A DNA stretch of 64,000 bases, taken from assembly GCA_016288775.1 (NCBI GenBank), contig JAEELG010000128.1, positions 8,442 through 72,441 of the forward strand, written 5' to 3'. Shown piece by piece: positions 56,965 through 64,000 of the stretch. Source of the DNA: Bacteroidales bacterium (GTDB taxonomy: Bacteria > Bacteroidota > Bacteroidia > Bacteroidales > UBA932). A model generated the notes under the pieces. It worked only from the letters and a program-made list of their open reading frames with translations, had not been told where the DNA came from and made no database searches. Each line of letters begins with the position of its first letter. Within the stretch, counting starts at the first letter, position 1. The position numbers were made by a program, and so were the translations under genes.

Positions 56965-58677
56965 TCAGATTTCGCTAAGCTCAAGCCAACGGGTCTCCTT
57001 CTCATCGATGGAGGCCCGTACCGCTTCATAGCGGGCGGATGCTTCGGTGATGCGCTGATAGTCGTCGGTTCCGCCTGCGAGAAGGGTTTCGAGTTCCTGT
57101 TTTTCTGCCTCCAGCGCCTGCAGCTCTGCCTCGATGCTCTCCAGTTCGCGCTGTTCTTTCCAACTCAGCTTGCGGGCCTTGGCCGGCTTTGGCGCCTGAA
57201 CCTTTCGGGGAGTTTCGGCGGCAGCCCTCTCGCGTTCTTCCTTCCGCAGGTCATCCAGATAGCTGCGGTATTCGCTGTAGCCGCCGATGAAGTCTTTAAT
57301 GGCACCGTTGCCGCAGAATACGAAGAGATGGTCCACAAGCCGGTCGAGGAAATGGCGGTCGTGGGTCACTATTATCAGGGTGCCCTTGAACTCCAGAAGA
57401 TACTCTTCGAGGATGTTCAGGGTTACGATGTCCAGGTCGTTCGTGGGCTCGTCGAGTATAAGCAGGTTCGGCTTCTGCATCAGCACTGTGAGAAGGTAAA
57501 GCCTCCGTTTTTCGCCGCCGGAGAGCCTTTCGATGCGGTTGTTCCACATGTCGTGGGGGAACAGGAAACGCTCAAGAAGGCTTGTGTCCGGAACGGTTTC
57601 CATTACCGTGTCGCCGGGCCGGAACTCGATGCCGCTTTGCTTGTAATAGCCGATGCGAACCGATTCGCCACGCTTGACGGCAGGGCTGTCGCTTTCGGCC
57701 AGCAGGTTAAGGAAGGTGCTCTTGCCTATGCCGTTGCCGCCTACGACACCTGCTCTTTCGCCGCGCTGGAAGTTATATGTGAAGTCGCGCACAATCGGCT
57801 TGTCGCCGAAGCTGAAGTTCAGGTCCTTGCAGTCGATTACCTGCTTGCCCAGATAGCCGGAGCCTGCAAGGCCCTCCATCGACAGGCGGTTTATCGTATA
57901 TGTGTTTTCCGCCCTTTCCTTGAGTTCCAGGAACGCCTGCTTGCGGTACTTCGCCTTCCCGCTGCGGGCGCAGGGAGTGGCGTGAATCCATTCCAGCTCG
58001 CGTCTGAGTATGTTCCGTACACGGTCGGTCTCGGCGTTGTAGTTGCTGATGCGCTCGTCGCGCTTGGCCAGGAAGTTCTCGTAGTCGCCACGGTAAATGT
58101 ATATTGCACCGCGGTCCATCTCCATGATGGTGTTGCACACCCGGTCGAGGAAGTAGCGGTCGTGCGACACCATGAAAAGCGTGCAGCGGGAGCGCTTCAG
58201 GGCGTTTTCCAGATACTCTATCGCTTCCAGGTCGAGGTGGTTGGTGGGCTCGTCCATTATAAGGAATTCGGCGTCGTGGGCCAGCATCTGCGTGATGGCC
58301 ACGCGCTTGACCTCGCCGCCGGACAGGGCCCCCATAAGTTGGTCAGGCCTGAGCCCGAGTTCGTCGAGTATCCTGTTGACTCGCAGCTGTTCGGCAAAGT
58401 CGTCGGTGTGCAGCTGGCCGGCAATTGTGAGGGACGGGTCGAATTCGTATTCCTGTTCCAGGAAAGCGATGCGTATGTCTTTCAGGAAGGTAATCTTGCC
58501 TCCGGAGTCGGAACTGTCCTTTCCGGCCAGGATTCGGAGCAGGGAAGTCTTGCCGGTGCCGTTGGGGGCTACCAGCGCAATCTTGTCTCCCTCGTTGATG
58601 TTGAATCCTATATGGTCGAAAAGGACCTTTGTGCCATAGGATTTGGAGATGTTGTCAATCTGCAGGAACGACGGCAT
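56965..58677 (-). CDS. ABC-F family ATPase (Uup-like)
   Basis: NGTGKTS and GGNGIGKST, LSGGE twice, DEPTN twice, C-terminal KLSWKEQRELE..RWLEL. Confidence 0.93.
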   Translation of the reverse strand: MPSFLQIDNISKSYGTKVLFDHIGFNINEGDKIALVAPNGTGKTSLLRILAGKDSSDSGGKITFLKDIRIAFLEQEYEFDPSLTIAGQLHTDDFAEQLRVNRILDELGLRPDQLMGALSGGEVKRVAITQMLAHDAEFLIMDEPTNHLDLEAIEYLENALKRSRCTLFMVSHDRYFLDRVCNTIMEMDRGAIYIYRGDYENFLAKRDERISNYNAETDRVRNILRRELEWIHATPCARSGKAKYRKQAFLELKERAENTYTINRLSMEGLAGSGYLGKQVIDCKDLNFSFGDKPIVRDFTYNFQRGERAGVVGGNGIGKSTFLNLLAESDSPAVKRGESVRIGYYKQSGIEFRPGDTVMETVPDTSLLERFLFPHDMWNNRIERLSGGEKRRLYLLTVLMQKPNLLILDEPTNDLDIVTLNILEEYLLEFKGTLIIVTHDRHFLDRLVDHLFVFCGNGAIKDFIGGYSEYRSYLDDLRKEERERAAAETPRKVQAPKPAKARKLSWKEQRELESIEAELQALEAEKQELETLLAGGTDDYQRITEASARYEAVRASIDEKETRWLELSEI

Positions 58678-59722
58678 CGTTGAGACGCTTGATGACTTCT
58701 ATCTCCTTTTCGTCGTAAGGCGTATGGTCGGTGCGGAAGATGTCGTGGAACCAGACTTCGGGCTCGGTTACATCCGGAAGGGGAGTGTCCCATGCGAAGA
58801 TGGTGTTGGTCTTTCCGGAAACGAAACCCCAGTTGATGGCGACCACGTTGTGCTCCTTGAGTATTGGCATGACGGTCTCGAAGAGGCTGCCGCGGGTGCG
58901 GGCCATATACTCGGTGCAGATCAGGGGACGGCCTCTGGTCTCAAGGGTGTCGATGGTCTCCTTCATGCGCTCGGGCGTACCGTATTCATGGAAGGAAATG
59001 ACGTCGGATTCTTCCAGCTGAAGAGCGTTTAGCGCGGGAAGAGACGAGGCCCATACTCCTACCGTAACAGGCTGGCTGGGAGATGCTTGGCGCGCCCACT
59101 TGAAGACATTCTTCACCAGAGGGATACTGCTGTCGCCATAGCCGCTGTTGCCGGGTTCGTTGTAGAGGTCCCACATCAGGATTCGGTTGTCGCGGGCGAA
59201 GGTTCCGAGTATGTCCTTGACATATTTTTCAAGCTCCGGCCAGGTGACGAGGGTGTCGGCGCGCCGTGACTTCGAAGGGTCCTGGACCCATCCGGAATTG
59301 TGGATTCCCGGCTTGGGGTCGCGCTGCTTGCCGTATGCCGATTCGGGATCCCAGCAGTCGTCGAAGAATACGAACAGGGGCATGATGTCGTGCCGGTCGC
59401 ATATCTTCAGGAATTCGTCCATGCGGGTCTTGAGCCCGTCGGGGTCGTTGGCGTATACAACGCTGCTGAGGAACACTCGCATCGTATTGAATCCCAGTTC
59501 CTCCGCCCATCCGAGTTCAGTGTCGATGAGTTCGGGCGACCAGGTGTCGGCGCTCCACATCTCAATCTGGTTTATGGCGTTTGACGGGATGTAATTGCAC
59601 CCCGAGAGCCAGGGCTGCTGTGCGTACCATCTGTTGGCTTTGTCGGCGCTCCAGCGGCCTGCCGGGGCCGTGCAGGAGGCGAGGAGCAGCATGAGGGCTG
59701 CGAATATGCTAATGTTTTTCAT
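58655..59722 (-). CDS. Glycoside hydrolase, clan GH-A (GH5-like) lipoprotein
   Basis: ATG 59722, lipobox LASC; GFNTMRVFL, WDLYNEP (acid/base), CTEYMAR (nucleophile), WFHDIF. Confidence 0.85.
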   Translation of the reverse strand: MKNISIFAALMLLLASCTAPAGRWSADKANRWYAQQPWLSGCNYIPSNAINQIEMWSADTWSPELIDTELGWAEELGFNTMRVFLSSVVYANDPDGLKTRMDEFLKICDRHDIMPLFVFFDDCWDPESAYGKQRDPKPGIHNSGWVQDPSKSRRADTLVTWPELEKYVKDILGTFARDNRILMWDLYNEPGNSGYGDSSIPLVKNVFKWARQASPSQPVTVGVWASSLPALNALQLEESDVISFHEYGTPERMKETIDTLETRGRPLICTEYMARTRGSLFETVMPILKEHNVVAINWGFVSGKTNTIFAWDTPLPDVTEPEVWFHDIFRTDHTPYDEKEIEVIKRLNDAVVPAD

Positions 59723-60662
59723 TTTTATAAATGTAATCGAGGGTAATGCTGTTCCAGACGGGCATCTCCGGGTCTGTGATAGAGGCGTCGACGATGCGCC
59801 TCTGGCCGCGTATGACGTTGGTTTCCAGGAATCGTTTCTGTTCGGGCCAGGTCTCACTCATGCTGCCTGCTACATCGTGATTGTGGCCGGGATAGCGGCA
59901 GATGTTGTAAACGTAGCCGTGCTTGGCCAGAACGTCCTTGACAAGCGAGCTGCTGCCATATGCTCCAAGACGGCCTACGGCAATCTTGTTGTATGTGACG
60001 GCTTCGTCCTTGTCGCCGTGGAAGAACAACTGCGGGGCGGGCTCGGTGGCATAAGAGGGCACACCGGTATCTGACATGATAGCTCCGGCGAACGACATCA
60101 CGCCTTTGAACCTGAAGCCGGCGGGCAGGATGGCGGTTCGTTCCGTGGGTGTGCAGGTCTCAAGCTCCGCTGAAAGCGAAATCATAGCCCCCGCAGAACT
60201 GCCGGAAATCACGATGTTGCCGGGGTCGATGCCGAGCGTCTCGCTGTTGTCGGCAATGAAGCGTATGGCGGTGAAAACGTCTTCTACGCCCATATCCACG
60301 GCTCTCTTGACTTTCTGGGCGCTCTTTTTGATGCCGAACAGGCCGAAGTCGAGTTTTTCGCCCTTGAGCCCCAGGCGATAGTCGACGGAGACTATCTTAT
60401 AGCCGTCGGCCAGAAGTTTGGAGAACCAGGGATTCATGAACGGATCGTCGCGCCGTCCGGTTACGAAACCGCCGCCGAAAACGTACATTATCGTTGGCTT
60501 CTCGATGCCGTCAAGGGTTGTGGGCGCTCCGGCAGCAGGGTAGTATACGTCGATGTTGAGCTCCTGGCCGTCGCGTTCGGCAAAGACATAAGTGCCGGCC
60601 GGCTCCTGGGCCATCAATATGCCTGAAAGGCAAAGGAATAACAGTATCAGTTTGTATCGCAT
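59709..60662 (-). CDS. Secreted alpha/beta hydrolase (esterase)
   Basis: FGGGF oxyanion motif, VDYRL, GSSAG nucleophile elbow, HGDKD. Confidence 0.88.
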   Translation of the reverse strand: MRYKLILLFLCLSGILMAQEPAGTYVFAERDGQELNIDVYYPAAGAPTTLDGIEKPTIMYVFGGGFVTGRRDDPFMNPWFSKLLADGYKIVSVDYRLGLKGEKLDFGLFGIKKSAQKVKRAVDMGVEDVFTAIRFIADNSETLGIDPGNIVISGSSAGAMISLSAELETCTPTERTAILPAGFRFKGVMSFAGAIMSDTGVPSYATEPAPQLFFHGDKDEAVTYNKIAVGRLGAYGSSSLVKDVLAKHGYVYNICRYPGHNHDVAGSMSETWPEQKRFLETNVIRGQRRIVDASITDPEMPVWNSITLDYIYKNEKH

Positions 60663-60721
60663 ACGCAAATATATGGAAAAATCGGCAGAATTTGTTAACT
60701 TGCGTGGGTTGAAAGAAAGAT

Positions 60722-61870
60722 ATGAACAAGTTTACCAGATATCTCAGGCATATCATCTATCTGGAGGATGATATCGACCGCAATACAGCTGCGGCGGCCA
60801 TAAAGAAGAACATCGCTTTCCGCGGGCCTAACGTAATAATCCTTGCCTGCGCCATCATTATCGCTTCAGTCGGCCTTAACGTCAATTCCATTCCGGTGAT
60901 AATCGGCGCGATGCTCATTTCTCCCGTCATGGGACCGATTATCGGATTCGGACTCGGACTGGGCACCAACGATACCGGATTGCTCAAGAATTCATTCAAG
61001 AACTTTTTGGTGATGGTGGTTATAAGTATCGCAGTTGCAAGCCTCTATTTCCTGGTTTCGCCTCTGCGCCTGAGCAATCCTTCTGAGCTGCTGGCCCGTA
61101 CCCGGCCCACGATTTACGATGTCCTGATTGCCTTGTTCGGCGGCGCTGCAGGCATGCTTGAGCATTCCCGGAAAGAACGCGGAACCGTACTGTCCGGAGT
61201 AGCTATCGCCACCGCTTTGATGCCGCCGCTTTGCACCATCGGTTACGGTATCGCCATCCTCAACCCGACGTATATTTTCGGAGCTTTCTACCTTTTCCTC
61301 ATCAATTCGTTCTTCATCGCAATCGCTACCTTCTTCGTGGTCAAACTTCTTGGCTTCGAGATCGTTGCGGCTGATGAGGTTCACAGGCGCAGGAACCGCT
61401 TCGTCGTTGCCCTGGTCCTGCTTGTCGTGATCGTTCCAAGCATCATATCGGCAATCGGCACGGTGAGGGACAACAATTTCACTATCAGCGCCGAACGCTT
61501 TGTCCAGAATAACAAGACCATCGGCTCCAGTTACATTTTCGACCATCAGGTGAACCTGTCCGACAAGACGCAGACGCTGGACATCTATCTTGCTGGCGAG
61601 GCCCTGGATCCCCTGGCCAAGCAGATACTGTTGATGAACGCCCAGAGTTACGGGCTGCATAGCGACCAGATCATCTTCCACGAAGAGGCCGCGGTGCAGA
61701 ATATCGACAAAAACGAACTGATACGCGACCTGAACGGCCACTATCTCACGACCATCCAGGAGCTTAATCAGAAGATCACGGAGCTGGAGGTGGAACTCGC
61801 CAAATACAAAGGCGCCGAAGCCGCACGGACCGAGGCTGCCGATTCGTTGGCCGTACAGCAGGTGAATTAA
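60722..61870 (+). CDS. DUF389 family membrane protein
   Basis: IASVGLNVNSIPVIIGAMLISPVMGPI, ELLART.P, GVAIATALMPPLC. Confidence 0.9.
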   Translation: MNKFTRYLRHIIYLEDDIDRNTAAAAIKKNIAFRGPNVIILACAIIIASVGLNVNSIPVIIGAMLISPVMGPIIGFGLGLGTNDTGLLKNSFKNFLVMVVISIAVASLYFLVSPLRLSNPSELLARTRPTIYDVLIALFGGAAGMLEHSRKERGTVLSGVAIATALMPPLCTIGYGIAILNPTYIFGAFYLFLINSFFIAIATFFVVKLLGFEIVAADEVHRRRNRFVVALVLLVVIVPSIISAIGTVRDNNFTISAERFVQNNKTIGSSYIFDHQVNLSDKTQTLDIYLAGEALDPLAKQILLMNAQSYGLHSDQIIFHEEAAVQNIDKNELIRDLNGHYLTTIQELNQKITELEVELAKYKGAEAARTEAADSLAVQQVN

Positions 61871-61901
61871 AAAGAAGGTCCGGCGATTGCCTCAATGGTT
61901 G

Positions 61902-61956
61902 TATACTCCACGGAAGAAGGTCTGGCAAATTGCCAGACCTTCTTCCGTGGAGTATA
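61902..61956. repeat. Perfect 27-bp-arm palindrome overlapping the tRNA-Ala 3' end
   Basis: TATACTCCACGGAAGAAGGTCTGGCAA-A-TTGCCAGACCTTCTTCCGTGGAGTATA. Confidence 0.92.
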
Positions 61957-62020
61957 GGGGGGTCGAACCCCTGACCTCTAGATTGCGAACCTAACGCTCT
62001 ACCAACTGAGCTAATACCCC
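61948..62020 (-). tRNA. tRNA-Ala (CGC)
   Basis: Acceptor stem GGGGTAT/ATACTCC with G3:U70, D arm AGCTCAGTTGGTAGAGC, loop TT-CGC-AA, GGTTCGA; CCA not encoded; TAGTTTTG promoter at 62032-62039. Confidence 0.95.
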
Positions 62021-62141
62021 GTTTGCGGATGCAAAACTACAAAAAAATCCAGTACCTCACAAATTTTAATCAAATAACTTTGTGGTCATCTTTTTTATTT
62101 GTAAATTCGTAGACTGACTAATAACCACTCTACTAAAAAAT

Positions 62142-62417
62142 ATGGAAATAAAAACTGCCATGGCCGGCACTCTGGAATCTGGTGATATCGTGATCCAGAT
62201 CGCTCCGGGTGACGGCCTTCAGATTGATTTGCAGAGTTCTGTATCGGCCCAGTTCGGCCGTCAGATCAAAGCGGTCATAGCCGAGACCCTCGAAGGGCTC
62301 GGAATCGAAAATGCCTGCGTCAAGGCTACGGACAAGGGTGCCCTCGACTGCACCATCCGTGCACGTGTAACTGCGGCTGCTGTCCGCGCAACGGGAAAGG
62401 ACGTATGGAAAGACTGA
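62142..62417 (+). CDS. citD: Citrate lyase acyl carrier protein (gamma subunit)
   Basis: AGTLESGD (prosthetic-group Ser), SSV..QFG.QI, DKGALDCTIRAR. Confidence 0.93.
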   Translation: MEIKTAMAGTLESGDIVIQIAPGDGLQIDLQSSVSAQFGRQIKAVIAETLEGLGIENACVKATDKGALDCTIRARVTAAAVRATGKDVWKD

Positions 62418-63295
62418 GAAGAACCATGATGTTCGTTCCCGGCAACAATCCGGGAATGATGGCGGATGCTCACATTTACGGCCCCGACTCCATTATGCTG
62501 GACCTCGAGGACTCCGTAACCATGGCAGAAAAGGACACCGCCCGTCTTCTGGTGCACAACGCCCTCAAATCGATAGATTACGGCAACACGGAGATGGTCG
62601 TCCGCATCAACCCGCTGAGTACTCCGTACGGACGGAAAGACGTGGAAGCAGTGGTCAAGGCCGGCGTGGATGTAATCCGCATGCCCAAGACCGAGACCGC
62701 CGACGAAGTCCGCGAACTCGAAGCAGAAATCATCAAGGTGGAGACCGAACTCGGTTGCGTCGGTCGCACTCAGATTATGGCTGCCATCGAGAGTGCCCTC
62801 GGCATCGTCAACGCCTACGAAATAGCCGCAGCCTCGAAGCGCATGATGGGCATCGCCCTCGGCGCCGAGGACTATTCCGCCAGCCTCAAGACGCAGCGTA
62901 CCCCCGGTGGCGCCGAGTTGCTTCTGGCCCGCGAAACAATCGTGGTCGCAGCCCGCGCTGCTGGCATCTGCTGCTTCGATACCGTTTATTCCAATCTTGA
63001 CGATATGGAAACCTTCCGCAAGGAGGTCGAGCTCATAAAGGATCTGGGGTTCGACGGCAAATCCATTATCAACCCCCGCCAGATCGAAGTGGTGAACGAG
63101 GTGTTCACACCCACTCCCAAGGCCATCGAGAAGGCTCTGCGCATCGTCGCCGCCATCAAGGAGGCCCAGGCAAAGGGCTCCGGCGTGGTTTCCCTTAACG
63201 GCAAGATGGTCGACCGTCCCGTGGTTATCCGCGCCGAGCGCACCATCCAGTACGCAATCGCATCCGGTGTTTTATCTGAGGAGGAAGTGATATGA
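62405..63295 (+). CDS. citE: Citrate lyase beta subunit (citryl-ACP lyase)
   Basis: RRTMMFVPG, DLEDSV, VVRIN, AIESALG, LGFDGKSIINPRQ, GKMVDRP. Confidence 0.93.
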   Translation: MERLRRTMMFVPGNNPGMMADAHIYGPDSIMLDLEDSVTMAEKDTARLLVHNALKSIDYGNTEMVVRINPLSTPYGRKDVEAVVKAGVDVIRMPKTETADEVRELEAEIIKVETELGCVGRTQIMAAIESALGIVNAYEIAAASKRMMGIALGAEDYSASLKTQRTPGGAELLLARETIVVAARAAGICCFDTVYSNLDDMETFRKEVELIKDLGFDGKSIINPRQIEVVNEVFTPTPKAIEKALRIVAAIKEAQAKGSGVVSLNGKMVDRPVVIRAERTIQYAIASGVLSEEEVI

Positions 63296-64000
63296 GACAT
63301 TCTAAAGTAGTTACCCTCGAAGAGGCTGTTCGCCGGTCCGGATTGAAGGACGGCATGACCATATCTTTCCACCATCATTTCAGGGGTGGAGACAAGGTTG
63401 TCAACCTGGTTGTCGACAAGCTCGCGGAAATGGGCTTCAAGGACCTGAAGCTTGCTGCATCCAGCCTTTCCGACGTTCATGCTCCGCTTATCGAGCACAT
63501 CAAGGCGGGCGTTATCACCGGCATTTCCACTTCCGGTCTCCGCGGAGAACTTGCCAATGCGATCTCGCACGGTCTGATGAAAGAACCGGTGGTGTTCCGT
63601 TCTCACGGCGGCAGGGGCAGTGCCATTGCCAGCGGTGAGCTGCACATCGACGTCGCTTTCCTTGGCGCTTCTTCCTGCGACGAACTTGGCAACGCCTCCG
63701 GCTGCCCCCGTTCGGAGAACGCCAAATCCATCTGCGGCTCTCTGGGATATGCACTCCCTGATGCGGAGTACGCCGACCATGTAGTCGTGCTGACCGATGA
63801 CCTGGTGGCCTATCCCAACGTGCCCAAGTCGATTTCGGCCAGCCAGGTCGAGTCGGTGGTCGTGGTCGATTCCGTCGGCGACAGCTCCAAGATTTCTTCC
63901 GGAGCCATTCGCGATTCCAAGAATCCGCGCGATATTCTCCTTGCCAAACAGGCTGCAAAAGTTATAATCAACAGTGGTTACTTCAAGGATGGCTTCAGTA
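63292..64000 (+). CDS. citF: Citrate lyase alpha subunit (citrate-ACP transferase), 5' part
   Basis: ATG 63292 (ATGA overlap with citE); GLKDGMTISFHHHFRGGD, TSGLRG, RSHGGR, CGSLGYA; runs off the window. Confidence 0.93.
   Translation, partial: MRHSKVVTLEEAVRRSGLKDGMTISFHHHFRGGDKVVNLVVDKLAEMGFKDLKLAASSLSDVHAPLIEHIKAGVITGISTSGLRGELANAISHGLMKEPVVFRSHGGRGSAIASGELHIDVAFLGASSCDELGNASGCPRSENAKSICGSLGYALPDAEYADHVVVLTDDLVAYPNVPKSISASQVESVVVVDSVGDSSKISSGAIRDSKNPRDILLAKQAAKVIINSGYFKDGFS

Overview
Chromosomal window from a GC-rich Bacteroidales-type bacterium (SusC/SusD pair, TAnnTTTG promoters, lipoprotein signals). In order it holds: the 3' part of a Wzy-dependent capsule/EPS locus with a radical SAM enzyme, an NTP_transf_5 protein, Wzi and a complete NDP-heptose pathway; a zapB-like gene, zapA and an unannotated 6S-like RNA; a 9.5 kb SusC/SusD locus with no recognisable CAZyme that separates zapA/6S from rny; a two-gene cassette (orphan FecCD-like permease plus L,D-transpeptidase-like protein) bracketed by inverted palindromic repeat doublets; umuDC; hydrolases; a decayed surface-lipoprotein islet with a small YxxP peptide behind tRNA-Cys; a candidate orphan sRNA; housekeeping genes (rluA-like, maf, kdsC, valS, tatAC, two ABC-F); tRNA-Ala; and the start of citrate lyase citDEF. 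No CRISPR array, integrase, transposase or reverse transcriptase was seen. The best leads are the repeat-bracketed cassette, the PUL-like insertion at the 6S RNA 3' end (it shares an OB-like module with the tRNA-Cys islet), long palindromes overlapping the 3' ends of all three stable RNAs, the radical SAM enzyme between glycosyltransferases, and apparent leaderless genes. All calls were made by eye from motifs; no database searches were run.
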